DNA of 64,000 nucleotides from a virus: IMG/VR virus record IMGVR_UViG_3300044712_000732, positions 125,776 to 189,775 of that record; one strand, 5' to 3'. Shown piece by piece: positions 1 to 9,300 of this stretch (position 1 is its first letter; each line of letters starts with the position of its first letter). The notes under the pieces were generated by a model. It saw only the letters and a program-made list of their open reading frames with translations, ran no database searches and was not told where the DNA came from. The position numbers and the translations under genes were made by a program.

Positions 1-216
1 TGACTTATTAAGTAAGCATACGAAATCCGAACCTGATCTATGTGACCAAAAGCTCTTAAAGGATTTACTATGTTTACTTACGTTTCTCATGATTTCTATT
101 TTTTACTTTGTTTTACTTATATAGAAAATTAATTCTATTTTGTTTATTTTTTCTTTTATATATTAACGTAAAAAAGTCATTTTTTTCTATTTTTGATTTT
201 TGTGACTTTTCACGAT

Positions 217-499
217 ACAAATATACGCATTATTTTTAATCTACCAAATTTTTTTAATGTTTTTTTTTAAAATAATTAACAGAAAGAGTTTTAACCTTTC
301 CGCAAGACTTTCGCAATAACTTTCTCAAGGTTGTTGTTAGTTCTTGTTTGTATCCAGTCTCTTATCCCCTTTGAGTTGGGTGTTTAGGTATTATAAGTGA
401 ACTCTCTTATAATCTTGCTTGGGCGCACATCCTAAACTTTACTTTTCAAATTCTTTACAAATATACACATTATTTTTTAATCACCAAATATTTTTCAAT
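217..499. repeat. Two copies of a ~42-nt direct repeat (acaaatatac(g/a)cattattttt(t)aatc(t)accaaat...) at 217-258 and 457-499 in a noncoding leader
   Basis: Direct comparison of the two stretches; no ORF covers them. Confidence 0.5.
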
Positions 500-580
500 A
501 TTTTTTCAATTAAATTCATTGGTTTACAATTGGTAATTGGCAAAATTACTAAAATTGGCAATAATAAATCAAATGTTTTT

Positions 581-901
581 TCATTTATTTTTCATTTCGA
601 ATTCGAATGTTGCATCATATGATTCACAATATCCTGGTTTATCGTAAGATATTTTCCAACCATAATCTCGATATAAGTCTTCAAAATCCATCCAATGATT
701 TTTGTATATATGTTCACTTGTCATATGTTCGGGTGCAACTTTCATAATTTCTGTCATAATATCTTTTTGTCTTATCGTAAAACTAGATTTGACATAATTA
801 TTTTTAATTGCATTATTTATTCCGAGTATTACAAAATCTGGAATATTACTTTTTGCTTCATTCCTAGCTTCTTCTGGTGTTATTGGCTTAATTTCTGACA
901 T
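581..901 (-). CDS. hypothetical protein (106 aa)
   Basis: Intact ORF; no recognisable motif. Confidence 0.4.
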   Translation of the reverse strand: MSEIKPITPEEARNEAKSNIPDFVILGINNAIKNNYVKSSFTIRQKDIMTEIMKVAPEHMTSEHIYKNHWMDFEDLYRDYGWKISYDKPGYCESYDATFEFEMKNK

Positions 902-903
902 AT

Positions 904-1116
904 TTAGAATATTTTATTATACCACTTAGTTTTATCTTCCCAATATTTTAATAATATTTCAAACCCTTCTTTGGTTTTATCATCAATTTCTCCGTTATTA
1001 CGCATTTGGGCAATTCTTTTCTTCAAAGATTTAAGATACATACGTTTACGTATGATCATAAATAACAATAAAAAAAATGCATTAAATACTAAGTAAATTA
1101 CAATTTTTGTTATCAT
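904..1116 (-). CDS. small hypothetical protein with N-terminal transmembrane helix (70 aa)
   Basis: Hydrophobic N-terminus IVIYLVFNAFFLLLFMII followed by a basic segment. Confidence 0.35.
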   Translation of the reverse strand: MITKIVIYLVFNAFFLLLFMIIRKRMYLKSLKKRIAQMRNNGEIDDKTKEGFEILLKYWEDKTKWYNKIF

Positions 1117-1173
1117 AAAATATAGTTTTTTAAATTACAAATGCAAATATAATAAAAATATTTAAATATACAA

Positions 1174-1827
1174 TTATTTTTCACCAGAATTATAACTATT
1201 GTCTAACATTATGACACCATCTGAATTATAGATATCAATTACATCTTTAACATAGTTTAATAGTCTTTTGGGTGCTTTATAAATTGAACAAGGTCTACCA
1301 TCAATACCATTTTCTTCTTTTTCGTTAGTTTTTTTAAATAATACAGAAACACTTTCAGAAAATGATCCACCAACATGATGCCAATCTTCATAATTCACTT
1401 TATAATTATAAGTATTCCAAGTCATTCTTTTAATTCTTTCTTCAGTATCAAAATTATGAACAAATGTATATAATCTTCGTCTACTATAAATACCATCATT
1501 TATATATGCTACTAGCGATATTAGAAATATATTAATTGTTGCTTGATTATATTCTTTTAATAAGTTATCAAATTGTTTATACCAAGATTTGATAAAATTT
1601 AATATATTTTCATCTATATCAATATCAAGGTCTAAATTAAATGCACGAGAAGCATTTAATGGTGTATCTGTTTTTATTTTTGGTGATATTTTTGTTTTTG
1701 GTGTATCTTTTACACCATATTTAGCTGGATCAAGTCCATTTCGTCTAAAGGTGTCTGCTAATGTTTCACCGGGTAGTGCTGATAATAATTCGAATAAAAA
1801 ATCATCATAATTTTTTAATATTTTCAT
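1174..1827 (-). CDS. hypothetical protein (217 aa)
   Basis: Long ORF; compact spacing to neighbours. Confidence 0.5.
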   Translation of the reverse strand: MKILKNYDDFLFELLSALPGETLADTFRRNGLDPAKYGVKDTPKTKISPKIKTDTPLNASRAFNLDLDIDIDENILNFIKSWYKQFDNLLKEYNQATINIFLISLVAYINDGIYSRRRLYTFVHNFDTEERIKRMTWNTYNYKVNYEDWHHVGGSFSESVSVLFKKTNEKEENGIDGRPCSIYKAPKRLLNYVKDVIDIYNSDGVIMLDNSYNSGEK

Positions 1828-2205
1828 AAAAAATTTTATTGTTATATATAAAATTTTTATGAAAAAAAAAGTAAATAATAGCTTTTCATTTAATGAGGTT
1901 AATAAGCAATTAAGGATGTATCCTCTTATACACCCACTATTATTTACGATTTTATTTTTTCACACAAATCTTTAAATATGTATTCAAATTCTTCATCATT
2001 AACAACTTTATTAATATAATCTTCGAAGGATATATTATTATCTTTTGAATATAATTCATAAGTTGTTTCGATTAATTTTTCTAATATCATAATTTAAATA
2101 AAGTGAAAAAAACAAGTAATTCTTAGTCATCCTATGTACTAATCAATATTCGTGCATTATAGAATCTGCCAATCAACCAAACACTTAATTACTTGTTTTT
2201 TAATT

Positions 2206-2418
2206 TTAATTTTTGTTTTGGTTACTGTTATATGATTTGAATAAAATATTACTAAGAATATTTACACCAAGTGCTTGCCAAAATGTGATTTTTGTTAAGC
2301 CAAATAATATTGGCATTAGCCAATTCCACAACCACATTGTTGGTAATGCTAAAATCAATGAAACAATAGCAATTAATACAATTACACCAAAAACTTTAAG
2401 AAATGCTTCCATAATCAA
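2206..2418 (-). CDS. small membrane protein, two predicted TM helices (70 aa)
   Basis: Two hydrophobic segments in ORF translation. Confidence 0.35.
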   Translation of the reverse strand: MIMEAFLKVFGVIVLIAIVSLILALPTMWLWNWLMPILFGLTKITFWQALGVNILSNILFKSYNSNQNKN

Positions 2419-2475
2419 TATTTTTAATTTATTTATTATTTATTATATATTGAATATATGGATTTGTTTAATTAA

Positions 2476-2688
2476 TTACCATTCATCTTCGAAATATTCT
2501 TTATCTTTTTTGTCTTTAAGATATTTATTTCTTTTTTTTATCCATTTTTGTAATTTTTTCTTTAATTTTTCATTAATTCCAAATTCATCCATTTCTTGGG
2601 AATAAATACCTTTTTCTAAGATTTCAATAAAATTTTCTAAAAATTCATCATCAATTTTTAATACATCTTTAGCCATTATTGTTTTCAT
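2476..2688 (-). CDS. hypothetical protein (70 aa)
   Basis: ORF in co-directional tight array. Confidence 0.3.
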   Translation of the reverse strand: MKTIMAKDVLKIDDEFLENFIEILEKGIYSQEMDEFGINEKLKKKLQKWIKKRNKYLKDKKDKEYFEDEW

Positions 2689-2691
2689 ACA

Positions 2692-2913
2692 TTATTTATC
2701 ACTATTAAGAAATCTACGTGGATTCCAAATCATTTCATTTATCACCATTGCTAAAATTTCAACTTCTTTCAGCGTAATATCATCAGGTAAGAATTGATGG
2801 AGTAAATTATTTATTTCTGGCTTTAATCTATCCATATGTTCTTGTTTTTCTTCGATTGTAATATCGGGTTTTTCACACAATAATTCTTGTGTCATTCTAA
2901 TTGCTTCTTGCAT
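2692..2913 (-). CDS. hypothetical protein (73 aa)
   Basis: ORF in co-directional tight array. Confidence 0.3.
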   Translation of the reverse strand: MQEAIRMTQELLCEKPDITIEEKQEHMDRLKPEINNLLHQFLPDDITLKEVEILAMVINEMIWNPRRFLNSDK

Positions 2914-2926
2914 AATTTTATCTGTT

Positions 2927-3394
2927 TTATTTTTTCATTCGATTTGATGTCTCCCCATCAAAATTATCTTGTTTTGCCTTATGTGGAAACATTGCATAAA
3001 ATATTTTCCAAACTTTTTTTGATCGAGTTTTCTTTGGGTATCTGATTGAATTTTTGTTAGACCCACCACTACCAACATAGACACCTTTATTGTCTCTTGT
3101 TTCTTTTATACTATTTGTATCTAATGTTTTATTTTTTTTATCAAATTCTTCCAAATAAATATTATGTAATTCTGTCATATCAATGTTAGTATCCATTACA
3201 ATTGTTCGTATTTCTTTTAAAGCCAAATATCTTTCTTTCACTATACCCCTACAATGCTTATCTTCGTTTATGTTTGTTTCTAAATATGCTATTTGTTTAT
3301 TTAAATGTTCGATATAAAGATTTTTATCTACATAATTACCACCATGTCCATCGTGTTTGTGAATAAGTGTTCTTAATTTTCTATATTTTTCCAT
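2927..3394 (-). CDS. hypothetical protein (155 aa)
   Basis: ORF; 1-nt spacing to next gene. Confidence 0.45.
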   Translation of the reverse strand: MEKYRKLRTLIHKHDGHGGNYVDKNLYIEHLNKQIAYLETNINEDKHCRGIVKERYLALKEIRTIVMDTNIDMTELHNIYLEEFDKKNKTLDTNSIKETRDNKGVYVGSGGSNKNSIRYPKKTRSKKVWKIFYAMFPHKAKQDNFDGETSNRMKK

Positions 3395-3395
3395 A

Positions 3396-3953
3396 TTAAT
3401 CTGTATAACTTAATACTGCAATTTTTATATTGTTGGTGTAGATACTATCTACTCGAATAAATAAGGCATCCCCATTTTCATATTTTTCATATAATTCATC
3501 ATAATTGTCTTCTAATGATCCTATTATTTCTTTAATTTCTAAATAATAAAAATTAAAATCATATTCTTTTTCTAAATATTCATATTCTTTTTCTAATTTT
3601 TCTATCCATTTAGCTTGTTCATTAATATTTTTAAATGAATTCAATTTTGGTTTATATGAATTATCATCATATGCAATATAATCATAATCAACGATTAACA
3701 TCAAATCTAATAATTCTTTGGCTTTTTCAGACAATTTAGTCGATGTTATATGATCATCATAATCAACCAACAGTGAATCTATTTTACCGTCAATTTCTAT
3801 ATTTTCTCTTAGCCAATTATCCAAATGATGTTCTAAATTATCATATGTAAAAAAATTAGTATCAAAATTTTTCTTAAATTCTTCTATTAATTCTTGTCGT
3901 ACTTCTAAGTATCTTTTTATTAATTCATTATCTTTATTTACTATTGGTCTCAT
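3396..3953 (-). CDS. hypothetical acidic protein (185 aa)
   Basis: ORF. Confidence 0.45.
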   Translation of the reverse strand: MRPIVNKDNELIKRYLEVRQELIEEFKKNFDTNFFTYDNLEHHLDNWLRENIEIDGKIDSLLVDYDDHITSTKLSEKAKELLDLMLIVDYDYIAYDDNSYKPKLNSFKNINEQAKWIEKLEKEYEYLEKEYDFNFYYLEIKEIIGSLEDNYDELYEKYENGDALFIRVDSIYTNNIKIAVLSYTD

Positions 3954-3962
3954 ATTTTTTTA

Positions 3963-4508
3963 TTATTTTTTGTCACACATCAACCGTCTTTGTCTAATAA
4001 GATCAATTAATTCTATTGAAAAATCTTTATTAACTTCATTAGCTAACGGTAGAATATATTTTTCTGTTTGTTGTAAATATTCTAAAACTTTTTTATCTGT
4101 GTGTGTATCTAAATGTAAATCTGTCAAATTACTAATTCTATCAGCGCATTTTAATATCTTTGCTCTTATTGAAATATATTGTAATCTTTGACAATATTCT
4201 TCTTTTGTTTCATCTTCACGTTTAGTAACTTCCAAAATTACATTAACGACTTCTGGTCCATCAATATCAAGTGATCTAATTTCATCTAAATTTGTTCCCA
4301 ATTCTTCTATTAAATCGTGCAACAGACTAGATTTCAATAATATGGGATCATAAAAATATTTGTAATCTAATAAAATACCCAATGTTGCAAAAGAATGTCT
4401 AAATTGATTTCCACCAACTTTTCTATGAACACCAATTAAAGCAGTTGCTTTTAAAATGTATGGTGCAAGATTTAAATTTTGCAATGATATTAGGTTATTA
4501 TTTGTCAT
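3963..4508 (-). CDS. HD-domain phosphohydrolase-like protein
   Basis: H...HD...D pattern: HSFATL ... LLHDLIEELG ... D-rich downstream segment. Size is typical of YfbR-like 5'-deoxynucleotidases. Confidence 0.5.
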   Translation of the reverse strand: MTNNNLISLQNLNLAPYILKATALIGVHRKVGGNQFRHSFATLGILLDYKYFYDPILLKSSLLHDLIEELGTNLDEIRSLDIDGPEVVNVILEVTKREDETKEEYCQRLQYISIRAKILKCADRISNLTDLHLDTHTDKKVLEYLQQTEKYILPLANEVNKDFSIELIDLIRQRRLMCDKK

Positions 4509-4583
4509 ATAAATATTGATTTATAGTAAATAAAAATGTGGTTAATATATCATCAGGCATTTCTGTTTTAATTTTATACATAA

Positions 4584-4829
4584 TTATTTAAATCTTTTTT
4601 CAAAACTTTCTTTATTTAATGATACACCATTCTGAAATTTATAAAATCTTCCATCGAAAATAACATTAAATACATCACCAGATTTTGCATCTAATTTATT
4701 ATCAATGCCATTTCGAACATTTTTTATTTGTACATCTTCTGTACACGTTACAGTTTTTGTTATACTTTTTTTCATATTGGTAATATGTGAAATTCTTTTA
4801 AAAATATATAATTTACAATATATTCCCAA
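4584..4829 (-). CDS. hypothetical protein (81 aa; true start may be the internal Met, ~4778)
   Basis: ORF overlaps the upstream gene by 58 nt if the first ATG is used. Confidence 0.3.
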   Translation of the reverse strand: MGIYCKLYIFKRISHITNMKKSITKTVTCTEDVQIKNVRNGIDNKLDAKSGDVFNVIFDGRFYKFQNGVSLNKESFEKRFK

Positions 4830-5263
4830 TTAGGGAATTCTTTAGAACCAAATTTTATAAATTCACCTTTAAAATCTAATTGTCCATGCATATCAGTATC
4901 ATCAATTAGATAATCTCCAATATGTAAAGATTTATCACATGACATATCAAGTCTTTCTAATGTTTCAAATCCTAAATGTTCAAGAACCCAATATGCTTTT
5001 TCTGTATAACTATTTAGATTATATATTGATGGTCGAGTTAAAATACGAACTTCAAAATATTCTTCAAGTTTTTTAAATGCTTTAATTGCACCTGGGATTT
5101 CTTCCAATTTAATAAAAAATCCAAACTGTGATTGTGGATATTTTTGTGTTGGACATTTTTCCAAATCATTTAAATATGCCTTTGCAAAATTGCAAAGAAC
5201 CCCATCTAAATCCACATATATTATTTTATTTTTTTTCATTTTTAAAATTTTTAAATTTTTCAT
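4772..5263 (-). CDS. HAD-family 5'(3')-deoxyribonucleotidase-like protein
   Basis: HAD motif I IIYVDLDGVLCNF (DxDGV), size ~160 aa, NT5C-like layout. Confidence 0.6.
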   Translation of the reverse strand: MKNLKILKMKKNKIIYVDLDGVLCNFAKAYLNDLEKCPTQKYPQSQFGFFIKLEEIPGAIKAFKKLEEYFEVRILTRPSIYNLNSYTEKAYWVLEHLGFETLERLDMSCDKSLHIGDYLIDDTDMHGQLDFKGEFIKFGSKEFPNWEYIVNYIFLKEFHILPI

Positions 5264-6020
5264 ATTTTCTATTCAAATATATATCAGACAAATTTTCTTC
5301 ATAAATATAATTTAAAAAATTAAATGCATCTCTATACAAATATAATCTATTTGTTGAATAATGTTTTAAAATTTTTGTTTTTTTTGTTATTATTTTATTT
5401 TTTTCTAAAAAATCTTGAATTTGTTCTAAGCATTCTTTAGTTGATATTAAATTTACTTTTATTCTATTATTATCTTTACCATATATTGTTAATGATCCAT
5501 CACCATCAAACATACCAGCTATAAAATTCAAATAATATTTTTCATCTATGTTTTTAATAATGAAATTATCACTTTTTTCAACATTTATATATTTTTGTAA
5601 TTTTTTTGTGAATAAATTATTTGTAATAGATATTACATATGAAGTATATTCTTTATTGTTTCTTTTGTCAATAGTTGTATTTTTAACAATTTTATGTTCA
5701 GATTCTAATGACTTTTTAAATTTTATTAATATTTCTTCATCTTTAGATACTAATCTAACTTTATTATTTTTTAAACAACCATCTGCAACAATAAAACCTA
5801 ACCAATACGCTTTTTCTTTCGTGTCAATATTATCAAAATATGATATATTGAATTTTAATTTGCTTTCATTTAACCTATTTCTATTTGTATTAATATTATT
5901 GTTTCTTAATATATTACTTACTGTTACTTGTGATATATTTAATTTTTTTGATATTTCAATTTGTTTATTTGTTAACGATAAATTAATTATTTCTGTTATT
6001 AAATCTTTATTTATTTTCAT
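5226..6020 (-). CDS. LAGLIDADG homing endonuclease, double-motif, free-standing
   Basis: Two LAGLIDADG motifs: AYWLGFIVADGCL and NFIAGMFDGDGSL. N-terminal HTH-like segment. Confidence 0.8.
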   Translation of the reverse strand: MKINKDLITEIINLSLTNKQIEISKKLNISQVTVSNILRNNNINTNRNRLNESKLKFNISYFDNIDTKEKAYWLGFIVADGCLKNNKVRLVSKDEEILIKFKKSLESEHKIVKNTTIDKRNNKEYTSYVISITNNLFTKKLQKYINVEKSDNFIIKNIDEKYYLNFIAGMFDGDGSLTIYGKDNNRIKVNLISTKECLEQIQDFLEKNKIITKKTKILKHYSTNRLYLYRDAFNFLNYIYEENLSDIYLNRKYEKFKNFKNEKK

Positions 6021-6072
6021 TTATATTCCATATCATTTTTTTTATTTTAATATTTGTCCATATCAACATATA

Positions 6073-6513
6073 TTATATATTAATATTAAAATCTCGTTTT
6101 ATTCTAATTTTTTCTTCTCGATCAAAAATAGAATTTTTTTTATCATACAGTTTTTTTCCTTTGGCAATACAAATTGTTACTTTACAAAGACCTTGTTTAT
6201 TAACAAACATATTCAAAGGAATTATTGTTAATCCTTTTTCTTTTATTTTGACTTTAAGTTTTTTTAATTCTTTTTTTGTTAATAATAATTTTTTTGGTCG
6301 TTTTGGATCATGATTAAATTGATTTGCAAATTCATATTCATCAATATGACAATTTACTAAATATAAATCGTTTCCTGTAAACGAACAAAAACTTTCAGAT
6401 AATGATGCTTTACCCTTTCTTATTGATTTTATTTCTGAACCCACAAGCTGAATCCCCGCTACGATTTCATCTTCTATAAAAAATTCGTAGTATGCTTTTT
6501 TATTTTTTATCAT
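6073..6513 (-). CDS. smpB: SsrA-binding protein SmpB
   Basis: Full-length match to the SmpB pattern: AYYEFFIEDEIVAGIQLVGSEIKSIRKGKASL...RPKKLLLTKKELKKL...GLTIIPL...IAKGKKLYDKK..R.KR. Confidence 0.9.
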   Translation of the reverse strand: MIKNKKAYYEFFIEDEIVAGIQLVGSEIKSIRKGKASLSESFCSFTGNDLYLVNCHIDEYEFANQFNHDPKRPKKLLLTKKELKKLKVKIKEKGLTIIPLNMFVNKQGLCKVTICIAKGKKLYDKKNSIFDREEKIRIKRDFNINI

Positions 6514-6832
6514 ATCTGATTTTATTTATTTTTTGTAATTTTAACTTTCTATCATTTCGTAATATTAATACATTAATTTCATTAGCACCACTAACATTAT
6601 CATCAATTTTTTTAACATTATCTAACATTTCAGAATTTAATATTTCAATACTATTACCCTTTAAATCATTTACTACACTACCTATTTTTGGATATGTTGG
6701 ATATGTTAACGGTAATTTTGTTTTTCGGCAAAGAAATTCAAATATTAAAGTAGATCCATAATTTAAAGGATTCCAATCTTTTTCATTTGAAATAATCCAT
6801 GTATTATAAAAAATATATCCATAATATTTCAT
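6500..6832 (-). CDS. hypothetical protein (110 aa)
   Basis: ORF overlapping smpB start by 14 nt. Confidence 0.4.
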   Translation of the reverse strand: MKYYGYIFYNTWIISNEKDWNPLNYGSTLIFEFLCRKTKLPLTYPTYPKIGSVVNDLKGNSIEILNSEMLDNVKKIDDNVSGANEINVLILRNDRKLKLQKINKIRYDKK

Positions 6833-7800
6833 AATAAAATTCTTCCTTTATTTGGAAATTTGTAATTTTTAACTATTTCGTTATATACTTTATCGACTGT
6901 TGGATGACATTTATAAATATTTGGATCAGGATCAATATCTTGACCCACTGTTTCTGGATTATCTAAACAAAAAGCTACAGGTGGCATAATATTATATTTA
7001 CTGTTATATTTAATGCAATATTTCATATCTGATGCACAAAATAATTTACAATCACCTAAAATATATGAATATTTATAATTTTGATATCCTTTTCTATATG
7101 GTGATCTCAATCTTGGATCAATTGAACTACCCAATTGAATAATATGTGTATCTGTTGTACCAGCCAAATGTAATATTCCGGAGTCCATTGTAATTACCAT
7201 TGATGATTTATTTAAAATATGCCAAGTCTGATGAATATTTATTTTATTAATTAGATTAAGTCCATTTTTAACATCTATATCATAAACAGGCTTCTGTATT
7301 TTATAATTTCCGTGTTCAACAGCATCTTTACCAATTAATACTATCGGAATATTAATTTTGTTTATTTCATTTACTAGTTCTTGCCATCGTTCTTTTTCCC
7401 AACTTCTAGATGGCCAAGATTTAACAGGATGCATCACAATATAATTTTCTGGTAAATTAGATATCTCTTCATATTCATCAGGAAAAAATTCAATTTTCAT
7501 TTCTTCGGGTAATAATTGAAATCCGGCACTAATAGAATGAATTTGTCTAATATCTGTTCTAGTGTGAAGAAATTTATCGGGTCTAAAAGTTTCAATAAAT
7601 AAATCACCATCATCTGGTGTTTGGTTATCAGTCAATATTATATATGGATAATTTTTAAGTAATTCTTTTTGATATGTGTAAACATAAATATTTTGATCAT
7701 AGATTTCACTAAGATATTTTATTGTTGGAATAGCACATAATGTATCACCGACACTTTGAGAACCAATTAAAACTAATATTTTCATTCTAATTATATACAT
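6829..7800 (-). CDS. glycosyltransferase family 9 (heptosyltransferase-like) protein
   Basis: N-terminal KILVLIGSQSVGDTLCAIPTIKYL (GT9 Rossmann start) and C-terminal GT-B-like segment GLNLINKI...DSGILHLAG. Confidence 0.6.
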   Translation of the reverse strand: MYIIRMKILVLIGSQSVGDTLCAIPTIKYLSEIYDQNIYVYTYQKELLKNYPYIILTDNQTPDDGDLFIETFRPDKFLHTRTDIRQIHSISAGFQLLPEEMKIEFFPDEYEEISNLPENYIVMHPVKSWPSRSWEKERWQELVNEINKINIPIVLIGKDAVEHGNYKIQKPVYDIDVKNGLNLINKINIHQTWHILNKSSMVITMDSGILHLAGTTDTHIIQLGSSIDPRLRSPYRKGYQNYKYSYILGDCKLFCASDMKYCIKYNSKYNIMPPVAFCLDNPETVGQDIDPDPNIYKCHPTVDKVYNEIVKNYKFPNKGRILL

Positions 7801-7828
7801 TTTATAGTTTAAGTTTTAATAAAAATTG

Positions 7829-7836
7829 TATATTTG
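7829..7836 (+). promoter_or_regulatory. Bacteroidetes-type -7 promoter element TATATTTG (TAnnTTTG)
   Basis: Motif 48 nt upstream of ATG at 7885. Confidence 0.45.
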
Positions 7837-7884
7837 CATAAAAAATTTTTTCATTTTTAATATATATCTAAAAAAAACAAAAAT

Positions 7885-8556
7885 ATGGCTAAATTATTAA
7901 AATATGAATCTTTTTTGAATGAAAAAAAATTGAATTTAGATAACACATATGAATATTTGAAAAAAGTTACTAAAAAATGTAATTATGAACAATCCCAACA
8001 TTTTTATATGAAAGAACCAATTGAAATTGGAACATGTAAAAGTGGTAAATTTTATTTAAATTATTTAAGTGTTAATTATTATGATGATCATTTAGCATTT
8101 TGGATTATATATAATGAAAGACCAGATAAATTATTTGGCACATCTTGGGATTCATCCGTAATATGGGAAGAAGAAGGTAAATTGAATTATATTGATGAAA
8201 ACATCAAAGAAGAATTTAAATTATATCCAAATTTTATGGAAATTATTGCAGAAAAAATCAAATCATATGATGATTTAGATAACTGGTGTAAATATTTAGT
8301 TGATCTTGGTTTAAAATCTAGAAAATATCATCGTTGGGCAATATCAGCATCTATAAAAGATAAATTAACATGGGATGAAAGAATAGAATGGACAAAAAAT
8401 CAAATTGAAATTGACAAATTATTGAATCGTCATTCTAAACCTGTTGAAGAAAAACGATTGAAAGATATGTTAACTTTGGGTGAAGTTGAATATGATAAAA
8501 AAATGAATAAACAGAATAAAGAAATTGAAGATATTTTAAAAGAAATGGATTTATAA
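7885..8556 (+). CDS. hypothetical protein (223 aa)
   Basis: ORF preceded by a TAnnTTTG element. Confidence 0.5.
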   Translation: MAKLLKYESFLNEKKLNLDNTYEYLKKVTKKCNYEQSQHFYMKEPIEIGTCKSGKFYLNYLSVNYYDDHLAFWIIYNERPDKLFGTSWDSSVIWEEEGKLNYIDENIKEEFKLYPNFMEIIAEKIKSYDDLDNWCKYLVDLGLKSRKYHRWAISASIKDKLTWDERIEWTKNQIEIDKLLNRHSKPVEEKRLKDMLTLGEVEYDKKMNKQNKEIEDILKEMDL

Positions 8557-9246
8557 TAAGTGACATATTTTTTTAGCTGCTTCAACACAAGACAATACAT
8601 CATGTTCACAATAGTTTTTAATTCTTTCTAATTCACCACGTTCCCAATAACTAGTGTGGACTTCTTTTCCACACATATCAGTTTTTGGACTTTCGATATT
8701 TAAACAATATAACATATCATCGAATGATGATGTTTCTAATGTTCCTATACTTCGCCACACTTCAGATAAATCGAATACTGGCATATCCCATGGTTTAACA
8801 TCAAATGTTTTTAATATCTTAGGTATTTCTAAACCATATGACAACATTTTTTTATTCATCCAGGGAATGTCAAATCCCTTTATATAATATCCACATAGTT
8901 GATATAAAGTTTTATTTGCGTTAGAAAAAATCGAATGTGATTTTTTCATGATTTTTTCTTCATCATCATCATAACATGATATGATTTTAACATTTCCTTT
9001 TGTTGCTGTTGCAATTGATACACAAACAGTTTTACCAAATTCAGGCATAATACCTGCCTTTTTAATATATACTATATTTGGATCACCTGCCCATTCAGCA
9101 CTTCCTGATGCAGATGATGCCCTACGTCTTTCTAACTTATTCATAAATAAATCATATCCCCGTACATCATTTACTTTTAATGTTTCTAAATCGGGATATT
9201 TGCCGACAGTTTCTATATCGAAATATATTAATTCACCATAATTCAT
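8551..9246 (-). CDS. stand-alone family-B-polymerase-type (DEDDy) 3'-5' exonuclease domain protein
   Basis: Exo I IYFDIETVG, Exo II GYYIKGFDIPWM (compare T4/RB69 GWNIEGFDVPYI), Exo III YCEHDVLSCVEA (YxxxD). Confidence 0.7.
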   Translation of the reverse strand: MNYGELIYFDIETVGKYPDLETLKVNDVRGYDLFMNKLERRRASSASGSAEWAGDPNIVYIKKAGIMPEFGKTVCVSIATATKGNVKIISCYDDDEEKIMKKSHSIFSNANKTLYQLCGYYIKGFDIPWMNKKMLSYGLEIPKILKTFDVKPWDMPVFDLSEVWRSIGTLETSSFDDMLYCLNIESPKTDMCGKEVHTSYWERGELERIKNYCEHDVLSCVEAAKKICHLL

Positions 9247-9278
9247 ATTTTATTATAGTGAAAAAAATAAAAAAGGTT

Positions 9279-9300
9279 AAAAAAAAGAACCTTTCGGTTC
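9279..9300 (-). terminator. intrinsic terminator (GAACC-tttc-GGTTC hairpin followed by U-run on minus strand)
   Basis: Hairpin at 9287-9300 with A8 run at 9279-9286 (T-run on minus strand). Confidence 0.5.

Noticed and set aside
5548-6231. Plus-strand ORF 5548-6231 (227 aa, Phe/Leu/Ile-rich)
   Set aside because: Antisense to the LAGLIDADG endonuclease gene and the smpB 3' region. Low-complexity hydrophobic translation typical of AT-rich antisense frames.
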